From: Eledone cirrhosa
Taxonomy: Eukaryota
NCBI GenBank assembly: GCA_964016885.1
Contig: OZ024744.1
Coordinates: 100,936,001 to 101,000,000, forward strand
Length of the DNA: 64,000 bases
Reading direction: 5' to 3'
Part shown: positions 13,208 through 24,796 of the stretch, one piece after another
How the letters are laid out: every line of letters begins with the position of its first letter
Position numbering within the stretch: the stretch's first letter is position 1
Program-made: the position numbers and the translations under genes
The notes under the pieces: generated by a model
Seen by the model: the letters and a program-made list of their open reading frames with translations, nothing else
Databases searched by the model: none
Told to the model about the DNA's origin: nothing

Positions 13208-14499
13208 CGAACGGGGGGATCAAAAAGTTTGCGAAATTTCATCGTAGTAAGAAAAAATAGGTTAGAACAATATTAAACATGTCAGAACATTGTCACTGTT
13301 ATTAGTCACTTGCAGTCATGCGTGGACTATTGTACAGTACAGTACTGACACTCTTTAAAAAACCTGTTTTTGGAACAATGGAAAATAGTTATTTTATGAT
13401 AAGATCGAATATCGAGTTTCTGGTGAAACTCAAATGGAAAGGGACACAGATTATGGAGGCTTTAGTTAAAGTTTACGGTACTACTGCCCCAAAGAAAACT
13501 GCTGTCTACAAGTGGATTCAGCGATTCAAACAAGAGAGAGACGACCTTGAAGACGACCATCGCAGTGGAAGACCAGGAACATCAAAAAATGACCAAAATG
13601 TTGAGGCTGCTCAGACTTTAATTGAAGAAGATCGAAGAATAACAGTTAATCAGTTAGTCCCTAGACATTTCATATGGTTCGGCAAATTCAATTCTGCACG
13701 ATAATTTGGGACTAAGTAAGCTTTCAATGCGATGGGTCCCAAAAGTGTTGCGCCCTGATCAGCTGATTCTTCGAAGTGATCTGTCTTTGGCGATATTAAA
13801 CAAAATTGAAGTTGATGATGAGCATTTCCTGACCAGAATCATCACCGGAGATGAAACCTGGATCTACCAGTATGATCCTGAATCCAAACAGCAGTTAAAA
13901 CAGGGGCTTCCACGTGGATCATCGGGGCCAATCAAGTTCAAATCTCAAAAGTCGGATCAAAAAGTGATGGCCACGATTTTCTGGGATTCAGATGGGGTGA
14001 TACTAATAGATTATCTTGAAGGTCAAAGAACTGTGACAGAAGCTTACTATGCAAATGTTTTAAGGAAGCTGAAAGAGGCATTAGTCAAGAAACGAAAAGG
14101 GAAACTTCATGGTGGGATCTTGTTTCACCATGACAATGCACCAGCGCATTCTGCGCAGGTTGTAAAAGTTCTTCGAGAATTTCGATGGAAAGTGCTTCCT
14201 CACCCGCCTTATAGTCCAGATTTAGCCCCATCAGACTTTTTCCTCTTTCCAAAACTCAAAGAAATGCTAAAAGGAACCCGTTTTAGTGGTGTTGAAGAAG
14301 CTAAAAACACTGCCAATACATGGCTTCGAACAAGGCCTTCAACTTTCTTTAGAGACGGCTTACGAAGCTGGAAGCATCGCCTTGTGAAGTGTATTGACCT
14401 GGATGGCAACTATGTAGAAAAATAAATTGAAGGTAAATCATATTTTTTGAAAAATAGAATATTTTCTGAAAAATTTTGCGAACTTTTTGATCCCCCTCG
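13208..14499 (+). mobile_element. Full-length mariner (DD34D, irritans/Hsmar2-like) with frameshifted transposase
   Basis: TA-flanked TIRs (CGA..GGGGGATCAAAAAGTT / AACTTTTTGATCCCCCTCG), 1.29 kb; ORFs 13378-13704 and 13706-14425 with WVPKVL, TGDETW, HDNAPAH, YSPDLAPSD. Confidence 0.96.
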
Positions 14500-14509
14500 T
14501 ATATAGATT

Positions 14510-14663
14510 GAGGGACGTGTTGGCGCCACGGAAAAAAAGCACCCAGCACTCACTGTAAATGAGGTTGGTGTTAGGAAGGGCATTCAGCTGTAGAAATCAA
14601 GCCAGAATCAGTTCCTGTCCTAATCTTGCAAGCAGGGAAAAGCGGACATGAAAAATGATGATG
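14510..14663 (+). mobile_element. 3' tail fragment of SINE family 2 / RTE 3'UTR
   Basis: AAAAGCACCCAGCACTCACTGTAAATGAGGTTGGTGTTAGGAAGGGC...ATGATGATG, as at 28912-29043. Confidence 0.8.
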
Positions 14664-15281
14664 ATATATAGGTAACACATTAAAAAGCTCCCAGTCCACA
14701 TTGTAAATGTGGTTGGTGTTAGGTGGTGAGTGTGTGTATATATTTTGTTTTGTATGTATATATGTGTTTGTATGTATGTATGTATATCTATATGTATGTG
14801 AGCATACCTGTGTATGTGTATATATATGTGTGTGTGTATGTATATTGTGTGTGCATATGTATGTATATATATGTGTGTGTATGTATATTGTGTGTGCATA
14901 TGTATATATATATATGTGTGTGTGTATGTATGTGTATATGTGGTTGATGTGCTTATATATCTATGTAAGAGTGTATATGGATGTACGTATAGATGCGTGC
15001 ATATAATTTTATGTGTGTGCGCATGTATATATATTTATGTGTGTATATATATTTTTTTTCCGTTATAAGATGTTATCTTATCTCAGCCTGACTTTCATTT
15101 CTAATAGATATCAATTTCAAAACTTATATCCAAAACATAAATATTTCATGTAAGGATCGTCTAGTTTCCTGAAACCTTTGGTAATGGAATAATTATATTG
15201 TTGTTTATTATGTAATTAAATAGCTCTGTACTATACATAGAGCACTCTTCTTTCCTTTATCTTTTCTACGGAAATACTTTA

Positions 15282-15620
15282 TCATCATCATCATCGTTTA
15301 ACGTCTATCTTCCACGCTAGCATGGGTTTGGACGGGAATTGTCCCACTTGAGGCAAGATTGGTTGTCTCGCTCGTATGGGACTGTCTGGCGGGTTTTCTA
15401 CGGCTGGATGCCCTTCCTAACACCAATCACATTTACAGTGTGGAACTGGGAGGTTTTTACCGTGTTACCTACACGGCCACATTACAGCGTGGATTGTGTT
15501 TTTTGTCGTGACACCTACACGACCTCATTTGTTTTGGACTGGATGTTGTGGTACCAACATAACTTTACATTGAAAGGGGTGGTGTGGATGGGGTGGGGGT
15601 AGCGGGACGGGGTGTATTTT
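15282..15620 (-). mobile_element. RTE LINE 3'UTR fragment
   Basis: Matches reverse complement of 56830-57185. Confidence 0.88.
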
Positions 15621-15685
15621 TGATATATATATATATATATGAGAGCGAAAGGGGAATCAGTCAGTGTTGCAGCATATGTACAAAC

Positions 15686-15768
15686 TTTATTTGCATATTA
15701 CAATTGTTTCGATATTAATCAAGATGATCGGGCTCGACTCTTCTTTGACATCTCATCAAATATATGAG
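15686..15768 (-). ncRNA. Degenerate minimal hammerhead ribozyme (Penelope pLTR remnant)
   Basis: Minus strand: CATATAT-TTGATGA-stem II-GAAA-CAATT-GTA-ATATG then AATAAA; C3 replaced by U; palindromic stem III ACAATTGT. Confidence 0.55.
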
Positions 15769-15788
15769 TTTATATGTGCAAGGACAAA

Positions 15789-15876
15789 TTGAGTACTTTG
15801 ATCAGCATTGAGTACTTTGATCAGCATTGAGTACTTTGATCAGCATTGAGTACTTTGATCAGCATTGAGTACTTTG
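15789..15876. repeat. 19-bp minisatellite (TTGAGTACTTTGATCAGCA)n
   Basis: About 4.5 direct units. Confidence 0.9.
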
Positions 15877-16094
15877 AACAGTGTGCTGCCTGTAACTGTA
15901 GTTACACACCTAACATATATATGTGTATATATATATATGTATATATAAGAATTAAAATACTAGAGTGTGTTGGAGTTAAACACCCTCTTCGTATTATGGA
16001 AATGACAGTAAAAGGTATAGCTCAATGTAATTAAACAGAGCCGAAGAATTATGAAAATAAACCAAAGAAGCCTTCAATACATCAAAAGTCTTTA

Positions 16095-16137
16095 TTAGCC
16101 AACAATGTTTCGTCCTATTGAGGACTCATCAGGGCAA
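16095..16137 (-). ncRNA. Minimal type I hammerhead ribozyme motif (mirror copy)
   Basis: Minus strand GCC-CTGATGA-GTCCT(CAAT)AGGAC-GAAA-CATTGTT-GGC. Confidence 0.75.
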
Positions 16138-16264
16138 TTAAAGCTATAAGAAGCACTATCGGCCAATACAAGCCAAAAATTTTCATATGCTTTAATGTAT
16201 GTACACTCCATATTCTTCTGAGTTTTTGGCTTGTATTGGCCGATAGTGCTTCTTATAGCTTTAC

Positions 16265-16307
16265 TTGCCCTGATGAGTCCTTAATAGGACGAAACATTGT
16301 TGGCTAA
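16265..16307 (+). ncRNA. Minimal type I hammerhead ribozyme motif
   Basis: GCC-CTGATGA-GTCCT(TAAT)AGGAC-GAAA-C(ATT)GTT-GGC; complete core, GUU cleavage triplet, followed by AATAAA. Confidence 0.75.
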
Positions 16308-16349
16308 TAAAGACTTTTGATGTATTGAAGGCTTCTTTGGTTTATTTTC

Positions 16350-16388
<39 letters not shown>

Positions 16389-16813
16389 CTCTTATTAAGG
16401 CCTAAATAGTGAGTTTTGTTACTCCAGAGATTCATCAACATACTCACAGTCCACAGACAAGAGCAAATGTTCAGTTCTTGTCTGGTAACCCTGAGTATGT
16501 GAAACTCCAGAGCACTACTATCTTAAGAGTATACTGGTTGCAATTTATTGTGACACCACTATTATCTCCTTACACAATTTACTGGGTGCATTTTAATGTG
16601 GCACCAGCACTACATTTTAGGAGTATACTGGGTACCTTGTATTGTGTCATCAGCAATACATTTTACAAGGTGTACTTTGTTATCATGGCACAAGTACTAC
16701 CACACTTTACAGAGTGTACTGGGTATAAGAGCAGAGGGGTTGGAAAAAAATCTGAAAAATTAATAAGCGGGGTGGGGGTGGGGGCGATTATTTGAGACCT
16801 GAAAGTACTTATG

Positions 16814-17020
16814 CCTTTAGCATTTAAACTGGCCGTATCCAGCTATAATTCTCTCAACTCTTTCTGTTCAAACCGGCCGTAACCAGTAGCTCACACTGAT
16901 GTTAAGATATCGTTCTTAACCCTTTAGCATTTAAACCAGTCATATCCGGCTACAATTTTCTCACCCTTTCTATTCAAACTGGCTCTCACCCCTTTCTGTT
17001 CAAATGTAAATGCTAAAGGG
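16814..17020 (+). mobile_element. piggyBac-type MITE: partial copy plus an internally deleted copy (16920-17020)
   Basis: TTAA|CCCTTTAGCATTTA...TAAATGCTAAAGGG|TTAA. Confidence 0.8.
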
Positions 17021-17039
17021 TTAAAAAACACAAAGAAAA

Positions 17040-19440
17040 CAGGAAAACAGCCACTTATGTTTTTATTGCAGGAGACTTCAATCACCCTGAGATTGAGTGG
17101 GAAACCTTTCGTTGGCCACCAAGTGCAAATGACTTCCTTGAGCTAGTGCTGGACTCGAATTGGTCCCAAGTAGTCACCTCCCCCACAAGAGGTGACAACA
17201 CTTTGGACCTACTCTTCACCACTACTCCTGAAACGGTCATTAGTGTTACTGCTGAGGAACCTTTAGGTGACTATGATCATGCTATGATCATGGCCAATCT
17301 ATCCCTCAAGGGCAGTAACAAAAACCACAACCATCTCCAAACTGCTCACTTTGACTGGAATAAAGCAGACTGGAACTGTTACTGCACCGAGTTGCAACAT
17401 TCAAACTGGCTTGAGTTTTATGACTCTGGAGATGTCAACACTGTACTCCAGAACATCCTGAGCTCAATATGGACAGCATGTGCAGCATCGGTGCCACGTA
17501 AGCGGAAAAAACATCCCAAAAGTGCAATTTGGGAGACTGCAGCAGTCCGTCTTGCCAGAAACGAACGTCACAATGCTGAACGTGAGTACAAACTGCACAA
17601 ATCGGACATTAATAGGAAGAGGCGAAATAGATCGTCCAACCACCTCAAACAGGTGACAAAAAAGGCAGTGCTTCAATTTGAGCAGCGCATAGCAACCAGT
17701 CCTGACAGTAAGGTGTTCTGGAAGTATGTTCACTCAAAGCAGAGGCCTCACTCTCCAGTTGGTCCTCTTCACAATCCCCACACAAGCCAGGTTACTGACG
17801 ACCCCAAGGAATGTGTAGAGCTCATTGCTGAATGCTATGCAGGCATTTTCACTATTGAAGACCAGAGTGTACCATCTCCACCACCTATGACACCGGATTC
17901 TATTACAACCATGGAATTTACACCTGCAATGCTGCGATGTCACCTAAAAAATAAATGCAACCATGCCTCTCCTGGTCTTGATGGTGTTACGTACCTGCTT
18001 CTCAAACGTGGTGGGAACTTCCTTCTGCACCAGCTATCACACTTCTTCCAATTCTGTCTGAACAACGGTGCTACTCCAGAACAGTGGAAAACTGCCAGTG
18101 TCATTCCTCTGGTCAAAAAGGGTGACCGCACATCACCTGTGAACTATCGTCCAGTCAGTCTTACTAGTTGCATTGCCAAACTGATGGAATCCTGTGTCAG
18201 AGAAACACTTTGGAACTTCTGGAACTCTCAGTCTTATCCGGCCCTCGCAATTTGGATTTATCCCCAACTCCAGCTGCTGTGATCAACTTATCTTGAAGAC
18301 ATCACCCGGATCACTGATGGCGGTTCATGGGTGGATGTTGTTTACCTTGACTTTGCGAAAGCTTTCAATTCTGTGCCACACAAAAGGCTTATGGCAAAAC
18401 TCTCTGCAATGGGTGTGAAGGATGATCTTTTTAACTGGTTGAAGTCCTTCATTCTCAGTCAAAGAGAGGTAGTCACGGTTCTGGGACAGCATTCCTCACC
18501 ATATGAGATGTCATCTGGTGTATCACAGGGATCTGTTCTTGGCCCCCTTTTGTTTGTTGCATATATTAATGACATAGATGCCAACTTAAAGAAAGCCACA
18601 GTACTAAAGTACGCAGATGACATCAAGCTGTACCTTGAGATAAAAACTATAGATCTTGCTTGCAGTCTGACCTGGACACAATGCAACAATGGATCTCAGA
18701 CTGGCAACTCAAGCTAGCTGTGGACAAGTGAACCACCGGAAGCACATCTCTAAAATTGTCAACAGGGCTGAGGGTGTCTTAGCATCACTCAGCAAGACCT
18801 TTGTCAGCCGCTCTCCAGATATCTATTTAAGGCTGTACATGGCTATGGTGCGGCCACACTTAGAATTTGCATCACCAGTCTGGAACCCCTATCTTGCTCA
18901 GAACATTGACCGCCTGGAAACTGTTCAGAGACGTGCAACCAAGCGAATACCCTCCATCAGGCATCTACCATACTCTGAGCGCCTTGCTTCCCTGGGCATG
19001 GATTCATTGAAGCTCCGACGCCTGGCAACTGACTTGGTAAACACCCACAAAATTGTTAACCATCTTGCCAACAACAACCCTGAGTACCCTTTTGATTTCC
19101 ATGTGTCTAACACACGTGGACATGCCCACAAAGTCAGAAAAAAGCACAGTTCCCATGACTTTCGGAAACATTTTTTCATGCTCAGAGTTGCTGAAGCATG
19201 GAACAAACTACCTGCATCAGTTGTTAGCTGTCGAGACACTGCATCCTTTAAAACCTCCATGCTTCCTGAGATTCGCCAACACTACACCTAATATTCCCCC
19301 TCCATACACATACACACATGTATAGCATAACTCATACACTATTCACTTCCCTGACATTTGTATATTATTCTATGTACTATACATACACCTTTGACGAGTT
19401 GTAGTGCACCTGAGCACTGTACACAATAATTTCATTATTA
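17040..19440 (+). mobile_element. CR1-group LINE, 5'-truncated and frameshifted
   Basis: APE motifs AGDFNHP and PTRGDNTLDLLFT; RT NYRPVSLTS, YLDFAKAF, SGVSQGSVLGPLLF, KYADD; C-terminal LY...VRPHLE...VWNP and TRGH; short (ATT) tail. Confidence 0.93.
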
Positions 19441-19469
19441 CCATATTTCTAATGAATAGAATAGGAATA

Positions 19470-19725
19470 GGAAGTCAATCAACAAGATCCCAGACCTCAT
19501 TCACCTACTGAGTGAATGTGGACCCCTTCAAATCAGATCAAGGGAACAGTGATTCCTTGGTCTTTCCATTGCTGATATGAGCTACTGGTTGCAACTCCTG
19601 ACAGAAGGGGAAATATGTCCTTGAGCAAGACACTTTATTTCATAACACATCACCTGGTTTGGGAATCGAATTTTCAACTTCATAATTCCAAATCCAATTC
19701 TCTTACCACTAAGCTATGCAGCTTC
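19470..19725 (-). mobile_element. SINE family 2 (tail type b), old, with a microinversion
   Basis: Reverse match to 27225-27455; 19614-19644 lies in the opposite orientation. Confidence 0.7.
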
Positions 19726-20194
19726 TTATGAAGAACACTGTATATGAAGACTGCAAATTGTCAGTCATTAGAATGTCAGAAAGAGTGTATTATGGTATTA
19801 GTTCCAGTTCTCTGCTATCTGAGTTCTAATCCTGCTGAGGTCAACCTTTTATTTTTTCAAGATCATCATCACCATCACCATCATTGTTTAACGTCCATCT
19901 TCCACGCTAGCATGAGTTGGATGGGTTTGTTCCACTTTAGGCAAGATTGGTCCTGTGTGGGTTGGTATCAAAATGGTTAATTAACCTCATGTTGGTTTAC
20001 TCAATTATGATTCATTTTATCAAGAAGTGAAACACACACACACACACACATACACACACCACACAAACATTCACAGGCAGAATTAGTTCTGCTACACATA
20101 TATTATATACATTATCCGGGAGCTTCCAACCGACATGGTTGCATTCTTTTAAGGGTATGTCAATATTTGTTTATAAAACTGATCTATATTATAT

Positions 20195-20258
20195 TTTATC
20201 TGATGAAAGCGCACCATAATTTGCTTTGGTGTCCTTGAAATATGTATAATGAAATAAA
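20195..20258 (+). ncRNA. Degenerate hammerhead-like motif (Penelope pLTR remnant)
   Basis: TTAT-CTGATGA-AAG.GCACCA...TGGTGT.CTT-GAAA-TATGTA-TAAT then AATAAA. Confidence 0.45.
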
Positions 20259-20877
20259 TATGGTTTTATAAATATAGTTTCCATTTGTTAATATATTGTA
20301 TTTTTACTCCAAAAATTTGTTGAGTGCTTTATATCAGTTATAAAAATATTTTGCTTGTTGTATCCCAACAAATTAAATATAACTTCTACATATATATATA
20401 TATATATTATATACACATATATGAAAATTGTTGATATTAACTCAACGGTCGCCGGCCAACGCCTCACTCACTCAATAAATCTGCAAGTTGTACTTCAGAG
20501 TGGACACATTTTAGTTAATAGCATGTACGGAGGCTGTGCTTTGGTAGAGATACATTAGATATCTCTCTCCTGGACAGCTCCATTTCTGTGCAACATACTT
20601 CACAACTACAGATATTAAATCTGCAGTGTTCAGAAAATTATGTATTATTGGCAGATAATCATTACATAATCGCAGAAATTGCACGTCTTCAGCAGGTGGC
20701 CCGTGTCAATACTTCAGTCTATCTGCTGTGTGTGGCAGCGCTTACTGCTGCGATAATGAATCTATCAGTTCACGCTAAAAACTTACTCTTGACCTCTAAT
20801 GAAAATAGAGGAAACCCTCTATATTAGATAAAAACACGTGATATGGTGGTTGAATTCAAATAGTGGAATTCCTGCCA

Positions 20878-22062
20878 AATGCATGGTCTCAAAGTCAACC
20901 TGACAAAGACTAAGGTCCACGTAAGTAGACAGGAAAACAGAACCCAGATCCCCTCAGGGAAATGGCCTTGCTCAGTATGCAGGAAAGGCGTAGGTAGAAA
21001 TTTCATCCTCTGCCCCAAATGCAAACTATGGGTGCACAAGATATGTAGTGGGATCTCAGGAAGTCTAACTAAGAATGTAGGCTTTACATATAGCAGTTGC
21101 ACCGGGAGCAAGCAGCAAATGGCCACAGGAAACAAGCACTACCAAATTCTGGGAGGGCTCTGTCGAAACAGTAGACAGCTTCTTCTATCTCGGTGACCGA
21201 ATTAGCAGCGGAGGTGGGTGTTCTGAAAGTACAGTAACCAGGGTAAGAATGGGATGGAAGAAGTTCAGCGAGCTACTGCCACTGTTAGCTGCAAAAGGCT
21301 TTTCCCTCAAAATGTCAGGCAGACTGTATGATGTGTGCATATGAACAGCAATGCTACATGGTAGTGAGACATGGGCGCTGTGTGTAGAAGTCTTACGTAG
21401 ATTAGAAAGAAGTGAAGCTTGCATGCTCTGATGGATGTGTAATAGTAATATATGCGAACGGCAAAGCATAAATGAATTGGGAGAGAGACTGAGCATAAGA
21501 GGAATCAAATGCTGTGTGCAGGAGAGGCAGTTGCGTTGGTATGAACATGTGATGCGTATGAAGGATGACAGCTGCTTAAAAAGGTGCAGAGCACTAGAAG
21601 TCAATGGAAACCGCGGAGTGGGGAGACCCAAGAAGACCTGGGATGAGGTGATAAAAACTGACCTTACCCAATTGCACTTCTCAAAGGCGATGACACACGA
21701 CCTTGACCTCTGGTGTCACGCAGTAATACAGAAGACCCGACTTCGCACGGGTACAAGCCTAAGCTGAAGCATATAGACAATATGCCCCCACCCCCTCCAA
21801 CTGCAAAGTGGTCATGTAGGTGTCATGACAAAAAGCACCCAGCCCACACTGTAAAGTGGTCGTGTAGGCGCCACGGAATAAAAGCACCCAGCACTCACTG
21901 TAAATGAGGTTGGTGTTAGGAAGGGCATCCAGCTGTAGAAATCAAGCCAGAATCAGTTCCGTATGAGCAAGACATGGTCACCTGACCTGGCATTGCCCAC
22001 AACAGGACAACCTGTCTAACCCATGCTAGCGTGGAAGAATGGACGTAAAACGGTGATGATGA
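20878..22062 (+). mobile_element. RTE LINE 3' fragment with 3'UTR
   Basis: [14 protein letters not shown]...LRWY.HVMRMKDD...GRPKKTW; (ATG)n tail. Confidence 0.92.
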
Positions 22063-22339
22063 TATATATATATATATATATATGTTGATAGTTTGCTTGA
22101 AGCATTATGGAATATGAAAATGAAAAGTGGGTATGTTTAAGAAGCCATACAATGCAGGAGTGTTAGAATAAATAAGGTAACAAGTCAGAAGGGAATTAAG
22201 ATAGATGAGGTAGAAAGGAAAATAATAGAAAAGAGAGAATGACTGAAAGTTACTGTAGCAATTTATTAGTCCCCATTTACCATCCATTATCAAGGGGGGG
22301 GGGGGGGGGTCCAAATTAACCCAAATAAACCCATTTTAA

Positions 22340-22538
22340 CCATTCAGCATTTAAACCAGCCGTATCCAGCCAGAATTCTCTCACCTCTTTTTGTTCAAAC
22401 TGGCTGTAACTAGTTGCTCATACTGATGTTAAACTCTCAAAATAAATATCAAAATCTCATAGATACAATATTATGTGGGATAAAGTGTTTACTGTGAAAA
22501 TATAATAGTAAATATAGAGTAATGTAAATGCTAAAGGG
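22340..22538 (+). mobile_element. piggyBac-type MITE
   Basis: TTAA-flanked, same family as 61703-61923. Confidence 0.8.
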
Positions 22539-22586
22539 TTAAAGAGTTCATATTTAAATTGGAACCTACCAATATTATTTGATTTA

Positions 22587-22706
22587 TTCTGAGTTCAAAT
22601 CCCGCCGAGGTTAACTTTGCCTTTCATCCTTACGGGGTCGATAAAATAAAGTACCAGTAATGCACTGGGGAATTTGCTGGCCTTGTGCCAAAAGTAGAAA
22701 CAATTA
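22587..22706 (+). mobile_element. 5'-truncated SINE family 1
   Basis: B-box to GGCCTTGTGCCAAAAGTAGAAAC tail. Confidence 0.85.
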
Positions 22707-23208
22707 TTTGATTAAAAACCCTTTGTGTTAAGTTATCTCAGAAATATCTAAACAATGAAATAATTAAAAGATGTGTGTGTCTCGTTCATTTTCTTCCCTT
22801 GCTCCTTTCTTCTTATCATTTCTGTGAGCCACCACACTTCTAGCCACTGATTTCTATCCTTTGAGGTAGATTTTACCTGATGCCATCATTGATGGCATTT
22901 TTCTGTTTTATCAGCTTTTCTTGCGTTGAGTTTTTCTAATTATTCTATGAATTCTAATACATTCGAGCTCCATCTCAGTCTTCAAGACAACTTTAATAGA
23001 AATAATTAATAACTTGAGAAAATCTTTCCAAATTATTCATTAAATTATTTAAATACAGTGTATTATTTCATTATAAATACAATCACAAAATGATTTGTTT
23101 AAATCTTCTATGTTAGGAGTCTGTTAATCATTCATTAGCCTTTTTGAATAATTTATTGATTGTCTTAATTATTTCATTAGTCCCTTTAAATCATTCATTA
23201 GTCTTTAA

Positions 23209-23402
23209 CCCTTTAACATTTACATTACTCTATATTTACTGTTATATTTTCACAGTAAAGGCTTTATCTTACATAATACCTCGCATAACATTGAATCTAT
23301 AATAAGTATGAGACATAAGTATGAGAAGGCAATTACAGCCAGTTTGGACAGAAAAAGGCGAGAGAACTCTGGCCGGATATGGCCGGTTTAAATGCTAAAG
23401 GG
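23209..23402 (-). mobile_element. piggyBac-type MITE
   Basis: TTAA|CCCTTTAACATTTAC...TTTAAATGCTAAAGGG|TTAA. Confidence 0.8.
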
Positions 23403-23727
23403 TTAATAATCATTCATTAGTCTTATTAGGCTGTCAACAAAGAGGACATGTAAGGACTCTGGTTTATTTGTTGGTCCACATCTCATTATACTGGCTCTGC
23501 CTGCCCTGCTGTAAGTAGGTGGGTGAGTGTTTACTTACATAAGTGGTGGTGGGAGCACTTTAAAAATGTTGAGTGTTTTGTAAGATTGCAGTTTTGCGTT
23601 GATTGAACTACTGTTGTTGATATAGATTGACAGGATAGATAGAGTTTGCCAGACCTGTCTTCTGTGGCATCTTCTCATCTATTGGCATAGAAAATAATTA
23701 ATGGTAGATGATCTGGTATATTTGTAG

Positions 23728-23803
23728 GTACTTACATTTGATGCTGTCCCATGATGTATTTCAGAATGACCAACATTTGACAAGATTTCTCTCAGAGGTT
23801 GAG
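23728..23803 (+). CDS. Internal exon B of the sorting nexin; end of PX domain
   Basis: tttgtAG|GTAC...GTTGAG|GTAAGA; 76 nt, phase 2 to 0, completes the split Lys codon of exon A; (K)YLHLMLSHDVFQNDQHLTRFLSEVE matches the PX C-terminal LExYL..L..HP....D..L..FL pattern. Confidence 0.85.
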
Positions 23804-23986
23804 GTAAGATATGAAGTTTCATCATCATCATCATCATTTTACATCCGCTTTTCCCTGCTTGCAAGTTTGTTTTGAGTTTTGAAATAATTTACTTGTCTCC
23901 TAGAAGAGATTGAAACCTTAACCCCGCATCCATACATTCAGAATGTATAGATACATCCTAACTACCCATTATGACCGACTACAAGT

Positions 23987-24190
23987 GAAGGCACATGGCA
24001 TAGTGGTTAGGGTGTTGGACTAACAATCATAAAGTCATACGTTTGATTCCTGCACCAGGTGGTGTGTTGTGTTCATGAGCCAAATATTTTATTTTACATT
24101 GGTCCTTTTGCCAGGAGTTGTGACTGGCAGATAGTATCAACAATGGAAAGACCAATGGAAACATTGCTTCCTTTGTTTGATCTGATGATC
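23987..24190 (+). mobile_element. Old SINE family 2 copy (tail type b)
   Basis: GAAGGCACATGGCATAGTGGTTAG head, CORE-like TGTGTTCATGAGC, GGAAAGACC tail. Confidence 0.65.
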
Positions 24191-24334
24191 AGCTCTCTTC
24201 CTTATATATATGTAATTATATTGTGTTGTTTATTATGTAATTAAATAGCTCTGTACTATATATAGAGCACTCTTTTTTCCTTTAGTTTTTCTACGGAAAT
24301 ACTTAACACACACACACATATATATATATATTTA

Positions 24335-24781
24335 GTAGGCACCTCTTAGCCACTACACGCCTACCCACCCACCCCTGTCCACATCAGCCCATACTGTAAA
24401 GTAGTCATGTAGGTGTCACAACAAAAAGCACCCAGTCCACAGTGTAAAGTGGCCATGTCGGTGTCACAACAAAAAGCACCCAGTCCACAGTGTAAAGTGG
24501 CCATGTCGGTGTCACAACAAAAAGCACCCAGTCCACAGTGTAAAGTGGCCATGTCGGTGTCACAACAAAAAGCATCCAGTCCACAGTGTAAAGTGGTCAT
24601 GTAGGGGTCACGACAAAAACAACTGTAAATGTGGTTGGTGTTAGGAAGGGCATCCATCTGTAGAAACCAAACCAGAAACAGTTATATGAGCAAGACACGG
24701 ACACTTAACCCAACTTGCCTCAAATGGGACAACCCGTCTAACCCATGCTAGTATGGAATATGAACATTAAACGACGAAGAT
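24335..24781 (+). mobile_element. RTE 3'UTR with four tandem 48-bp units
   Basis: (CACAACAAAAAGCACCCAGTCCACAGTGTAAAGTGGCCATGTCGGTGT)x4 inside the UTR. Confidence 0.88.
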
Positions 24782-24796
24782 AATTATATATTATCA

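Larger units (their letters stand above)
16048..16354. repeat. 132-bp inverted repeat with 43-bp spacer (inverted Penelope-type pLTR pair)
   Basis: 16048-16179 vs 16223-16354 reverse complementary with 2 mismatches by eye. Confidence 0.93.

Noticed and set aside
16431-16485. Candidate exon reading RFINILTVHR
   Set aside because: That frame is incompatible with the phase-2 end of exon A; exon B fits better
23430-23510. Candidate exon (TTAG|GCTG...CTGCT|GTAAGT), open in phase 2
   Set aside because: Peptide has no PX similarity and exons A and B already join into a continuous PX domain; a minor cassette exon cannot be fully excluded
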